In this document: piece by piece, positions 1 to 11,185 of the stretch | How positions within the stretch are numbered: position 1 is the first letter of the stretch | Layout of the letters: every line of letters starts with the position of its first letter | Source: the human T2T-CHM13v2.0 reference genome, Homo sapiens | Length of the DNA stretch: 64,000 nt | Strand: one strand, 5' to 3' | Assembly (NCBI RefSeq): GCF_009914755.1 | Contig: NC_060926.1 | The notes under the pieces: generated by a model | Told to the model about the DNA's origin: nothing | The model's database searches: none | What the model saw: only the letters and a program-made list of their open reading frames with translations | Translations under genes and position numbers: made by a program

Positions 1-1339
1 CGCAACAGCTTAGTAGTGGCCTCGTCACCCTGTGTTTGAAGGGCAAGTCGTGTTTTCATCCTTTGTCTTATTTCATCAATTCTTCATCAATTCTTGGATG
101 AATGAGTGTGCAAATATGGGAAAGGAAGAAACTGACAGAAGAAAAGAGGGGACAAAACAAAAAGTTTGGACCCAACAAGCAGCTTTGAATGAGAAAAAGG
201 GACAAAGGAACTCAAAATATAATTATCTGTAAAACAAAAACCTGGGAACCTCTGGTTGCAGTGTGATAACAGTAACAAACTTCTTCATCGCGGATTAAAT
301 CTATAAAGTGGAAGATGGGATACACTCTGGTAAATGCATTATTTAAAATAAGGTAAGGCCAAGAGTTGTGCCTTTTCTAAATCTGAGAGTCTCTGAGTTG
401 AAAGTGCTTTTCAAAGATGACAGCACATAAATGATAACCCTCAACAGTGCTATGAAAGTCAGTGCCTTGGCTTGAAAAATGCTTACGAGCTAAAGAAATT
501 GTAAATACACCTGAGACTTCCTGAGTGAGTCAGAATATAAGCTGAGCTGTGAATGAGATCCCAAAATGTGTTGGCTCAGATAAGATCAAGTTTCCTTTTT
601 CTTACTTCATGGTATGGGGGTGTGTTCTGCAAGGTCACCCCAAGACCCAGGTTTCTTCCCCCTTTGCTCTGGGCATAATATTTGATGGAAAAACTGGCCC
701 ACCCTACTGTGTCTACCATGCAGCCCGTGGGAAGGCAGATTTCCTTATGCATGTCATCATAAAACATGCTCCAGAATGTGCAGGAATCACTTTCACTTGC
801 ATTCTGTGGACAGAAATGTGGACACCTACCCAGGGCTGCCTGCAGGCAAGGCTGGAAAATGAAGGCTTCTGCTGGAAGCTTGATCTCAGTTGAAATTTGG
901 AATATTCTGACAGACAAAAGAAGCAGAAAGTGGGTATCAGGGGTCATTAGCTGTCTCTGACCCATTCTCAGACCCCGCAGTGCTTGGTGTGTATACAATT
1001 AGGGTCTCACCCGCCGGGGCCTATGGACGAATGTGTTCATCTTCCTGACACTTTTCTGCTGGCCACATGCTGTGCTATACAGGTCTGGAGACTGCAGGTG
1101 GGCAGACTCTGTGTCCATCTATAACTCTGGGCCTTTGCATGGGCTGAGCCCCTGGCTGGAATGCCCCACTTCTCATCAGCCATACCTGGGATTTTCCCCA
1201 TTCCGCCAGGCCCAGCTGCTATTAGCAATAGGATCTTGGGCAACATGGACTGTGAATCTCATATTTTGGGAAAAATAATGGGCCAAATAGAGGCTGTGAG
1301 CCAAGGCCCCAGTCCCAGGGGACTGGTTTGCTAGTCTGT

Positions 1340-1450
1340 GTGTTCATTCGTTCAGTAGATATATGGAGCGTATGATCTGTGTCAGGCCAGCAGCGGAGCA
1401 TCCAACAGTGAGCAAAACAGGCGAGAATCTGTCCTGATGGGCTAATTGTG
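1340..1450 (-). mobile_element. L2 LINE 3' end fragment
   Basis: ttcattcgttcagtagatatatggagcg...tgtgtcaggcc...acagtgagcaaaacagg resembles the reverse-complemented L2 terminus. Confidence 0.5.
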
Positions 1451-2732
1451 AAGGGGGCCCTCCATTGAAAGCAGGTGGTGAGAGCCGTGACAAGTGCTCT
1501 CCTTGAAAGATTGCATCCTTAGGGTCTTAAACACAGGGAGCCGGTGCTCCACGCTCTCCACCCCAGCTTGCTGGGAGGTCTGGAATAGGCCAGTTGGGGT
1601 TGTGCCCTCCCGACGCTGCAGGCCGACTCTGGCACCCGCCCTTACTCAGGGGTACGGCTTGCCTGAGAGTCCCAACCAGGGGTGTCAGGAGCACATTCAT
1701 TAGAGCCTGCTGCCACATGCCTGATTCCAGTAGAAGCCGGAGATGGCGCCGTTGTGCCCACGTGAGCGCCATCTCCACGGGTAGGACATTAAGTCCAGAG
1801 GAAGATGTGTGTGCCACATCTGAGTAATGAGCCATGAAATTGACATTATAAGTTTTAATTATTATTAATGCCTTGCAGGGGTGGCTGATGTTAATTGTCC
1901 TGTAGGCATCCCAGATGGGTTTTCCTTTTTTCTTTTATTTCTTTTTCTTAATGTCTTGAGCCCAAATAATGGCGGCTTAGTGACAATGTTTGAATGGAAT
2001 TCCTCTGAAGGGGAGCACGCCGCAGTGTGAGAAGTTCTTCCAAACACGTCTGTGGGCAGAAAGCAAACAGGCTCTGGAGCAGCTGCCCACCCTCCTGGGT
2101 GGGTGTGGAGGCTGGGACATAGAGGCCTCCAGGTTGCTGCCGTGAAATCAGCAGAAGTCTTTTCTCCCCCATAATAGCATCTGCCTGCCTTAGGCCCCTT
2201 CCATGGACTAATTAGTTAATCTTATAAAGGGCTTTGAAGATGAAAGACTCTGGAGGTGCCGGGTGTCACCCATGTGAGCATTTCCTGATGAGATCCAGTT
2301 TCTGGCTGCTTCTGCTCCTCCAAATAAACTGCCTCTCGGCATCTTCCTTGACTCTTTTTTTTTTCTTTCCCTCAGAAATGTGTCCTGCATCTTAAAAAGG
2401 TTCATTCCCCCTCTTGGTTTTGCTCTGTCCAATCTGAGTCTGGCAGTCTGAGATGGGGATACAGGGGGCTCTCTTGCCTTCTCTCTCCCACCTTCTCTGT
2501 CCCCTACCCTTCCCCACTTCTCCTCCTGGCTCACCAGCCAGCAAGGCAAACAGGCCCCACCTGAGCCCCCATGCTCTCACAGCTTGCTTGCTCCGAGAAT
2601 CATGCTCTCAGTACCAGACTCGAGCCCAGCAGGTGGGTTGGGGCCAGCAGGTGGGTTACCACCTGTGGAGAGGTGGCCAGGCGTACAATCTCCAGTCTGC
2701 CCCTGCTTCTGCCCTGCTCCTGCCCTGGTTTC

Positions 2733-3032
2733 CTTTTTTTTTTTTTTCTTAGACACAGGTTCTTGCCCTGTCACCTAGGCTGGAGTGCAGTGGTACGATC
2801 ATTGCTCACTGCAGCCTCGAACTCCCAGGCTCACTCAGTTTTCTTGCCTCAGCCTCCCAATAGCTGAGACTACAGGTACTTGCCACCATGCCTATTTTTA
2901 AAAAATATTATTTTTAGAGATAGGGTCTCAGCGTGTTGCCCAGGCTAGCCTTAAACTCCTGGCCTCAAGTGATTTTCCATCCTCAGCCTCCCAAAGTGCT
3001 AAGATAATAGGCGTGAGCCACCCTACCCGTCC
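2733..3032 (-). mobile_element. Alu SINE (AluJ-like), antisense
   Basis: Poly(T), then agacacaggttcttgccctgtcacctaggctggagtgcagtgg ... cctcccaaagtgct...gcgtgagccacc. Confidence 0.93.
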
Positions 3033-3099
3033 CCAGATCCTTCTTTTGTAACTTTCCCCCCTGTATCCCCATCCAGGCCTGACTCAGGACTAACCTGAG

Positions 3100-3920
3100 T
3101 GCCTTTGAATTAACAGCATATAGAGGGGACCTGCTACGCAGGGAGAACACTCCTGGGTCCTGGGGTCATCAGAGTGAACAGCATAGTCTCTTCCTGGGGG
3201 CCTTAGTGGCGTAGAAGCTAAGGAATTAGGAAGGTGGCCGATGGAGTTAGGATGGCTGGTGAGTGGCTGATGGGTGCTGATGGAATTAGGAGGGCACAGG
3301 TGGTGACGGGGGAGCAGTGTGGATTTTGGAGGGAGTGAGAAGGGCAGAGGAAGTAGCATGGAGCTCTGTCTGCAAAGCCCTGCATGTTCCAGGTTCCAGA
3401 AGCACAGACTTCTCGTGACTGAGGATGCTGTCTGCCGTGGCTGGGCAGGTATGCTGAGGCCAGCGTAGGGGACCTCGGCTGCCGTGCCGAGGAGCTCGGA
3501 TCCCCTGAGGTCATCAGGCAGACACTGAAGCTCATAAGCAGCAGGTGCATGAGCTTGGCCCTGCATTTGGGCATCCAGCCCATGACAGGCTGATGGGCCA
3601 GGAGACCACTGGAGGAGGTTTGCACTGGGTGCAAGGAGAGATGACAGGCAAGGCAGTGGGAGTGGGAGGGTGCACAGCCCTCTGGGTGAAAGCTCAGAAG
3701 TGGAGTTGGCAGGAGGAGTGCCCAGGCCAAGGGAAAGGGTGGGCACAGGGATGACTGAAGGTCCTTGCCGAGCAGCTGAGTGGGGATTTCATGGCCAGAG
3801 GAGGTAGGGCTGGAGGGACAGACAGCCTCTAGGAGCTTGCAGATGTCCAGCAGAGCCGTCAAGCAGGCATCTGGGTTCACATCAAGTCCCATGATCAGAG
3901 GGGACATCACAGGCACAGGT
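3100..3920 (-). mobile_element. Possible highly decayed L2/CR1-clade ORF2 (endonuclease region) remnant
   Basis: Minus-strand translation shows faint APE-like patches (LIMGLDVNPD vs ILGDFN; PTSSGHEIP vs PTH..GHTLD). Weak signal. Confidence 0.3.
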
Positions 3921-4782
3921 TGATTTGAGAGCCACTGGCACAGAGGCAGGTTTAGCTGGGGTCTGCATCAGTGAAGGGGGGTGTCAGGGAGGCCTGCAGG
4001 CCACAGTGCTGATACCAGTGAGGCCATGGTCCCTCTGGAGAATTCATGAAAGACAGAATCCCCGTGACTCAGGAGTGTGTGTCTCGCAGTGTCTCTGTCC
4101 TGGGTGGTGGCCTACAGCCCCAGGCTGCCTGGTGGAAGATGCCTCAGTCTCTCTGGCTCTGCACCCCAGCTTTACCTGCCACACTACCTAAGTTGGGGCC
4201 GCAGTTACACAATGTGGGTGTGAGTGGTGTCTTCAGGTGGCCTTTATGTCAACCAGTCTAGAGAAGGCTGATGGTGGGGAGGCCAGAAAGGAAACACAGT
4301 GTCCCCTTCTCGGGGGCATTGCAGGGAGATGTGTGTGCTCAGATAGCACGAGCCGGCTGCAGAAGGGAGTGCAGCGTGTAGGCAGGTGCAAAGCTGGCCC
4401 TTCCTGCCCACTGTTGTTACCAATGGTAGCAAAAGTCGCCAAACAGCCACCGAGTCTGTAGCTCTTATAACACGGCTTTTAAGCCTCACCCTTGTGGTTT
4501 GGGAATGAAGGGAAATGGAGTCATTCCCTGACAGATAAAGGTTTTTTGTGTGCATCTTGTTGAGGCTGGTTTTTCAACTTCAGAGCATGTTCTTTTCTTA
4601 CATCCCTTCAAAACTGCTCGCCTTGATGGATATCTAAGTGTCTCCATGTAGCCAATAGTGAAAATACTCCCCTCATGAAAATAAATGTTATATTTAACTT
4701 TTAAAGTATTCGTAGACTAAGTTCTATTAGAACAGGGAACCTTACTCTGTCTTTTTTGTAAATTTAACCAAACAGGCTGGGC

Positions 4783-4992
4783 CAGGGTTTCTTAACCTGC
4801 TGATGGCTCTGGGCCAGGTCATTCTTTGTGGCAGAGGCTGTCCTGGGCATTGCAGGGTGTTTGGCAGTGTCCCTGGCCTTTACTTGTTACATGTTGGTAG
4901 CACCCCACCTTCCGGTTGTGATAGCCAAAAAATATCTTCAGACCAAATTGTCCCAAATTAAGATTCCCTGGCTGGCGGCTGAGTGGCCCCTG
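4783..4992. mobile_element. MER20 (hAT-Charlie) DNA transposon remnant
   Basis: cagggtttcttaacc...gggccaggtcattctttgtggcagaggctgtcctgggcattgcagggtgtttggcagtgtccctggcc...ggttgtgatagccaaaaaatatcttcagac matches the recalled MER20 consensus. Confidence 0.8.
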
Positions 4993-6224
4993 TGTGGCAG
5001 TGGAATTATTCTGATGGCCTGCAGCCAACTGCCCCTTCCCATTTTTTCTGATCACAGTGCTTGTCTTGCAAATTACCCCTTGCCTCCGCTCTCTAAAATT
5101 GGGGCTCGTTACACACTATTGTGCTCGCACTACAAAGCTATCCAGAATGAGTATTATTGGAAGCAAACGGATTTTTTTTTTCTCTTCGAGTTCTGCAATG
5201 AAAAATCCTCTGGTGTTACTGTTTAATTGGTTAGTGGTGGCTGTTTGTCAATTTGCCAGCAGGCTCTCTCTTAACTGCTGTCGTTTGACGTTGCTGAAAC
5301 ATAAATGTAGAATGATTGAGTTGCCAACATGCTATTAAGTCCTCTACAAAGAGTTTTTCGATGTACTACTGCTTCAGGCTTTTGTGCTTCTATTGATTGA
5401 TTCGAATACTGAAGAACTCCTTGGCATAGGCAGCCCTGGTGAGAAAATGCGGCTTCTGGTAGGAAAATCGTTGGGTATTGACACCCGAACAATGCAAAGC
5501 TTTCCTTTGGTTTTCCTCTAGCACAGGATTGACCTCTGGCAAAGCTCCCACAGTTGAGCAGGTATTGGCCACCCATAAAGGAAAAGGAGAGAGGCCCATG
5601 AGGCCAGATGGACTTTGATGAGACAGGGCCAGTTAGAGAAGCCCAGGAAGTGGAAGAAGACATCACATCAGTTTCCGGATTCTTTGACAGGCTCCTTATT
5701 GCTGACAAGCAGAAGCAGCTTAGAATCTTGTTTGGATTTCAGAGCTAGTCACGGTTTGAGACCGAGGATGGCAGAACAGGTGCAGATGGGTTGGTTAACC
5801 TCTGACGGATACAAGAACATCACTGTTAGGAGGATACAGTCTTATGCCCTTGAACAATTGTACTTCTGGAACAGACTGCTACAAGTACATGCAGCAGAAA
5901 GCTGTGTGTCATGGTGGGGGGGTCTGTGATGGCCGGGGACTGCTTGTTAGAACCCCTGCTCCTGGGCATGGCCCCTGTGCTCCACACAGGCTGTTTGTCA
6001 TCATCCTCGTGTGTGTGCCGCTGGCCATGAGTCCTCTGAGTGGAACGCTCAGCACGACGGATGCCATGCACGCCTGCTGCTCAGCTTCAACCCCTGGAGC
6101 ATGCTCGAGTTGCTGTGACTATTCAGTAGATGAAGTAAAGAAAAAATGGTTGGATACTTGCTAGAAGTCTGGCAGCTTCTTAGACTAAAATCCCTGAGAA
6201 ATAGGAGCCAGTGGAAAATGATTC

Positions 6225-6430
6225 AGCATAGAGTATTGAGTAAGAAATTCCGAGCCCAGACCTCCTGGGTTCAGATTCTACCTACTGCTCCTAGGTGTGG
6301 GCCTTAGGAAAGTCACCTTCCCTCTCTGTGCCTCAGTGTCCCCATCTGTAAATGAAGACAAGCCAGCACCTACTTCAGAGTCCTTTTTGCACAGAATGAG
6401 GTTGTCTGTGTGGAAGGCCTCAGACAGTGT
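6225..6430 (+). mobile_element. MIR SINE
   Basis: Core: ctgggttcagattct...gccttaggaaagtcaccttccctctctgtgcctcagtgtccccatctgtaaatg. Confidence 0.8.
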
Positions 6431-6663
6431 CCTTTTTAGGAGGAATGGCTAGGATGGGGACCCTCTTATCTCAGTGGCGCCTCAGAATGTGCATGTTCCT
6501 GTGACAGGCTGTTTCTTTAAAATATTTTCCACTTGCGGGGCACTCTGTATGCACCCCCAGGACACAGAAAGCCCCTGAGAAGCCCCGGCCTGCCCCGGCA
6601 GATCCACTGTGGGGCATTGGGAAGGGGCATGCCCGGTGACCACATGCTGTCTGTTGCTTGCAG

Positions 6664-6939
6664 AATCCCTGCCTGCTTCCCTATGGCAAGGCCCTCTACA
6701 GCTACGAGGGGAAGGAACCTGGTGACCTCAAGTTCAACAAGGGGGACATCATCGTCCTGCGGCGCAAGGTGGATGAACAGTGGTACCACGGCGAGCTGCA
6801 CGGCACACAGGGCTTCCTCCCAGCCAGCTATATCCAGTGCATCCAGCCCTTGCCACACGCCCCGCCCCAGGGAAAAGCACTTTATGATTTCGAGATGAAG
6901 GACAAAGACCAAGACAAGGACTGTCTGACCTTCACCAAG
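6664..6939 (+). CDS. SH3RF3: SH3RF3 internal coding exon (probably exon 2, 276 nt, phase 0-0): SH3 domain 1 and N-terminal half of SH3 domain 2
   Basis: Acceptor ttgcttgcag|AAT, donor AAG|gtaagg. Translation [92 protein letters not shown] has SH3 motifs (ALYxY, WY, GFLPxxY). It matches my recall of SH3RF3 rather than the paralog SH3RF1. Confidence 0.96.
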
Positions 6940-8008
6940 GTAAGGTGAGCCCCGGGGTGGGCCCTGCCAGCCCATGCAGCCTCTGTGCCACCCAGGGCTC
7001 TTCCCAGCCACAGACCTATAGCCAGACAGTCTTTCTTCAGAGTCTGAATCCTGGCTCCTCCCGGAACCCTGGGCAAATGACCCAGCCTCCCTCCCTGTGC
7101 TTCCATGAATGGGGTGATGGTTTTTTTTGGTTGAATGCTATGGAGGGCACCAGCTTGACACACAGCTCCAGCCTAGAGCTACATAGGAGCTTGAGATAAT
7201 ATAAGCCTCCATCAGCACCAGGAGCAGAACCCTCAGTTAACCTGAGTCATGGCTCTAAGCGCTGACCCAGGTGCAGCAGAATGACGCCTTTCCAGGACTC
7301 TTGGGGTCCTGTGAGAGGGGCTCATCAGGGGAAACTGCTACAGAGACCCTGGTCAGCTCACAGGGAGATGATAGCTGGGGTCTCACATCTGTGCATCACA
7401 GCCCTGTCCTCTAGGGCACCTGAGGCAGGGCCACCCTGGTGCGTAGGGATCCCTGTGAAGCAAACATTTGGGAGCAAACAAAATAGCACTGACAGGTGAA
7501 ATTGAGTAGGAGGGTTGGGTGAGGTGCAGAAGAGACTGGTTCTGGCTGTCCTGGCAGTTGCTGTTGAATAATCATCTGCACCAAGTGCTCGGCCAATAAG
7601 CTCACACTTGGTCTTTACAGCTGTCCCAGGTTCCAGGGGAAGTAGTTGGAACCTCGTTTTCTCCATGTGTAAACCAAAGCTCTGAGAGGCTTTGTAACTT
7701 ATCCAGGCTGCTTGCTGGGTCCTCTCTCCCTCCTGCTTCCCCTTCCTCCTTTCCATCTTCATCTCCTGTCTCTTGTGTCTCCTCCATCCCCTGCCACTGC
7801 TGCACCTGCTCCCCGCCGCCCCCAGATGTAAATGACAGAGCCAGAATCCTAATGCAGATCTCTGATGTTAACACTCAGCATTCTTCCCACCTCCCTACAC
7901 AGGGAATTCTTCCCTTATGTCGGCCTCACTGTATTTTAGATGCCCAGAAGTTGTTGTTTTCTCTCTCCTCACTCGTTCTGTCTTGCCTGTGTCTCTCTGT
8001 GTCAGTAT

Positions 8009-8040
8009 TTCTCTCTCTCTCTCTCTCACACACACACGCA
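8009..8040 (+). repeat. Compound (CT)n(CA)n microsatellite
   Basis: ctctctctctctctctcacacacacacgca. Confidence 0.85.
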
Positions 8041-10989
8041 CAGAGTTGTAAATAACAGAACTAGAATTCTAACTCGAATCTCTGCTTCTAAAGCCCACAT
8101 CCTTCCTGCCTCTGAGAGGCCATTGCTCTCTCCCCCATCTGCTGAGTGCAGAGCTCGACGGTGGCACTCTCTGGAGGGCGGTAGGAGAACCATGCACAGT
8201 GTTTTTGAGCAAAATTGGCATGTCCTGCGTACAGCTGCTATTTATGTCTTGTTCTATTGTTCAGCCTGACAATGAATAATCTATTTTTCATTCAGGGATT
8301 CAACTCCTTCTCCCTTCCTTTTATCAAGGTGTTCTGATGCTAATTCCGATTGTCATCTGGCTGCACAGCTTCCCGGGAAACTGCACTGGTGCCTCCCTCC
8401 CTCCCCACTCAGTCGGAGGGCGAGAGCAACAGCTTCCTGGGGCTATTTTTAGGCACACAGAAACCCAACTTGCTTCTCTGCCCAGTGGACTCTTCCCCCT
8501 AAGAGAAGACCTGGGACCACTGGTGCCCCAGGTGGTCACTCATGACCAAGAGCAGGGACCTCTGAACTCTCAGGGTCCGGTCAGGGCCTTGCTAAGGAGA
8601 CAGACCCCATAATGGCTCTAGGCTTCTCCAGGCTTGGCGGGCTCCAGGCTGCAGAGCCGAGGCCCTCCTCCAGGGGCCTCACAGGAGAAGGCTCTCCACT
8701 CGGGAGAACCCACTGTGAACGGGCTGTCGCAGGGCCCTGGAGCCTCTGGGTAGGCCTGCTTCTCTGGGCAGAAGTGACTGCCTGCCTTTCCTGTCATCAC
8801 CATATAACCTGCTGCATTCCACGGGCCTCTGCCCAGGATGTGCAACCCCAGGCTGAAGGCTAGAGCCCACTGGACAAGAGGACAAAGGGCACCTGCCCAT
8901 TTATTCCACAGAAACATACCGGGCCCTGACTCTGTGTCGGGTACTAGACCTGCTGCTCTTCTGGAGCCCAGAGTCAGGTGCGGGAGACAGGCCAGTGGAG
9001 AATGTGCAGAAGACAGGCCAGAGGCTCACGAGCTGCATCGGATCACCAGGGGCAGGCCGGGCATTTAGTGTGGGCTCCTGAGTAGTCAGTGATGGAATTC
9101 CATGTTCCATATTTCACAAGAAACAGTGAAATTAGAGCCATCAGGCTTAGACTCATTCTGCGGTTGGCATGTGGGGTGGGGGTAGCCGAGCAGGGGTCCA
9201 TCTGTTCCCAAGTGGGCAATGTCACCATGGCTGCCCAGGCTCTCTGGAAGGTGACCTCTTGGTTGAATTGAGGTCAGAGGCGCCAGCCACGGGAGGCCCA
9301 GCATCTCCTGTTACAGGATCTGTGACGGCTCCCACAGCAGACAAGGGGGAAGTGTCATATCACAGATTCTTTGTTCAAGGACTTTCTTTACTTGAATCCT
9401 GTGAGTTAATGTGGAGAATTAGAGGCCTCTGGGTGTGATCCCCAGAGGGACTTGTGCTGTGACACGACCTTCCTGCCATGCTCCTATGCCCACTTTGACC
9501 CTCTGACCCCCAAAGGGCGAGGTCGGGCAGAGATTGGCCACCCCTGCTACCTGTTCTGTCCTGTTGCATCTCTCACTCCTCAGTGTCCGCAAATAAAGGC
9601 TCCAAGAGACATGGGCAACTCCATGTGACTCTCCGCTCAGTTCCTGTTTTCCCCCACGGTGGGTCCGACCCACCTTACTTCCCCCATGCCTGGCATGCAG
9701 CTGAGACGCACACACTGGCTCTGACAACCTCCATGTGAATCAGACCTCCAGGAACCAAATGATTCCAGTGCTGCAGCGTAGGTGCTGGTTCATGCCAGCT
9801 TGGTCTCCCCTCTGGGGAATGTTTTTATTCTTTGGATATGTTCCATTCCTGAGTCAGAGAGGAAAGAAGGGTCTCTGAAAGCTACAATGGTATAACCTGC
9901 CTTTATACAGCATCACTGTGGCAGACTGATGGAGTTTAAATTAGGTGGATCAAAGCAAGATTTTTACCTTTGGTGTTTGCTTTTGAATAGTCCTGTTAAA
10001 GTGGCATTAATTAAAGTCCTTCTAAAATCTAGTTTCTGCTTTATTTCAGAAGAGAATGAATAATCAGTTTTTGTAAAGCAGCTTTAAAAAGTGATATTTT
10101 ATTACTTCTTAGTAGCCCGACTCCAGAAAGCTGGGCATGTGCAAATAAAAAGACGACAGGCAGGAAGAGCTGTGGGCCCAGCTCTGCCAGCTGGTTTCTG
10201 AGGAGCCTCCACACGTGCTGGGCCAGTCACCCGGGAGGGGCTGGCCTTGGCAGGGCCTTGCAGTGAGGGCCCCATGCCAGCTGTGTGACTTAGGGTGACA
10301 CATAACCTTTCTGGGCCAGGAGCACCTCGCCTTCCCAGTCTCAGGATGCCAGTGTGCACTCTGTGGTGTGCTGAGAACCACATGATATAAATAAATTGTG
10401 GAGCCTAGGGCTGGGAGTGCAGGAGAAGAATGTGAACTACTCCATTGTTTGAGCAGCTAACTCTATATTGTCTTACTCAGCTCACCTGCAAGATTCGGCA
10501 AGGGTTTATTGAACCTCTTCTCTGTAACTTTCAGTTAATGAAAACATTGTGGTCGCCTTGCCAGGCAGCTGCATTTGCTATGCAGGGCCCACGCTGCTTT
10601 TCATGAGTTCCAGCTGGGATGCTCAGGAATCCTCAGAGGCCACGGGGTTTTCTCAGAGAGTGCCCGCTGATCATGGAATCACTTTTGCACATGACTGCAG
10701 CGGGGCCCCCAGGCTTGCCATATCAGCCCTAATCCCTACCAGGTGTGCCATGTGAAGGAGCCACAGGGCTTGGTGGCTGCAGCCACTGTGCTGTCCTAAC
10801 CCTCATCTCACCCTCGATTTGTCCTGATCTGGTCAGACCTTAAGACTCTTCCATGTGACCTTCTTATGCTGCTGAATGTTTAATCATTTCTCAAAAGTAT
10901 GGGAAGTCTTACCTTTGTGAATTAACCTAGCATTAATTCCAAACTCTGCTCCTCTGATCCTAGGGACAGACATAGATGGATAAAAATCA

Positions 10990-11185
10990 AATATAGAGTT
11001 CAGGCTCTAGCATGAGGTAGACACAGATTCAAATCATGGCACGTTTCTTTAATAATGCATGGTGACTCGAACATTTACTTAGTGTTTGAGTTGCTTTTTT
11101 TAACTTTAAATGGAGTTGATATTAGGATTACATGAGCAAAGGCATTTTAAAACCCAAGCTCAAAATAGGCATTCCAATAAATATT
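10990..11185 (+). mobile_element. MIR fragment (diverged)
   Basis: caggctctag...agattcaaatcatggc...ggtgactcgaacatttactt...tttaaatggagttgat...caaaataggcattccaataaat follows the MIR layout. Confidence 0.5.

Noticed and set aside
3090-3916. Overlapping 218 aa and 232 aa minus-strand ORFs as a hidden antisense gene
   Set aside because: No recognisable intact domain or splice structure. At most a decayed LINE remnant in GC-rich sequence.
6517-7011. 164 aa antisense ORF over the first exon (also 57714-58214)
   Set aside because: Shadow ORFs caused by codon bias of the sense-strand exons.
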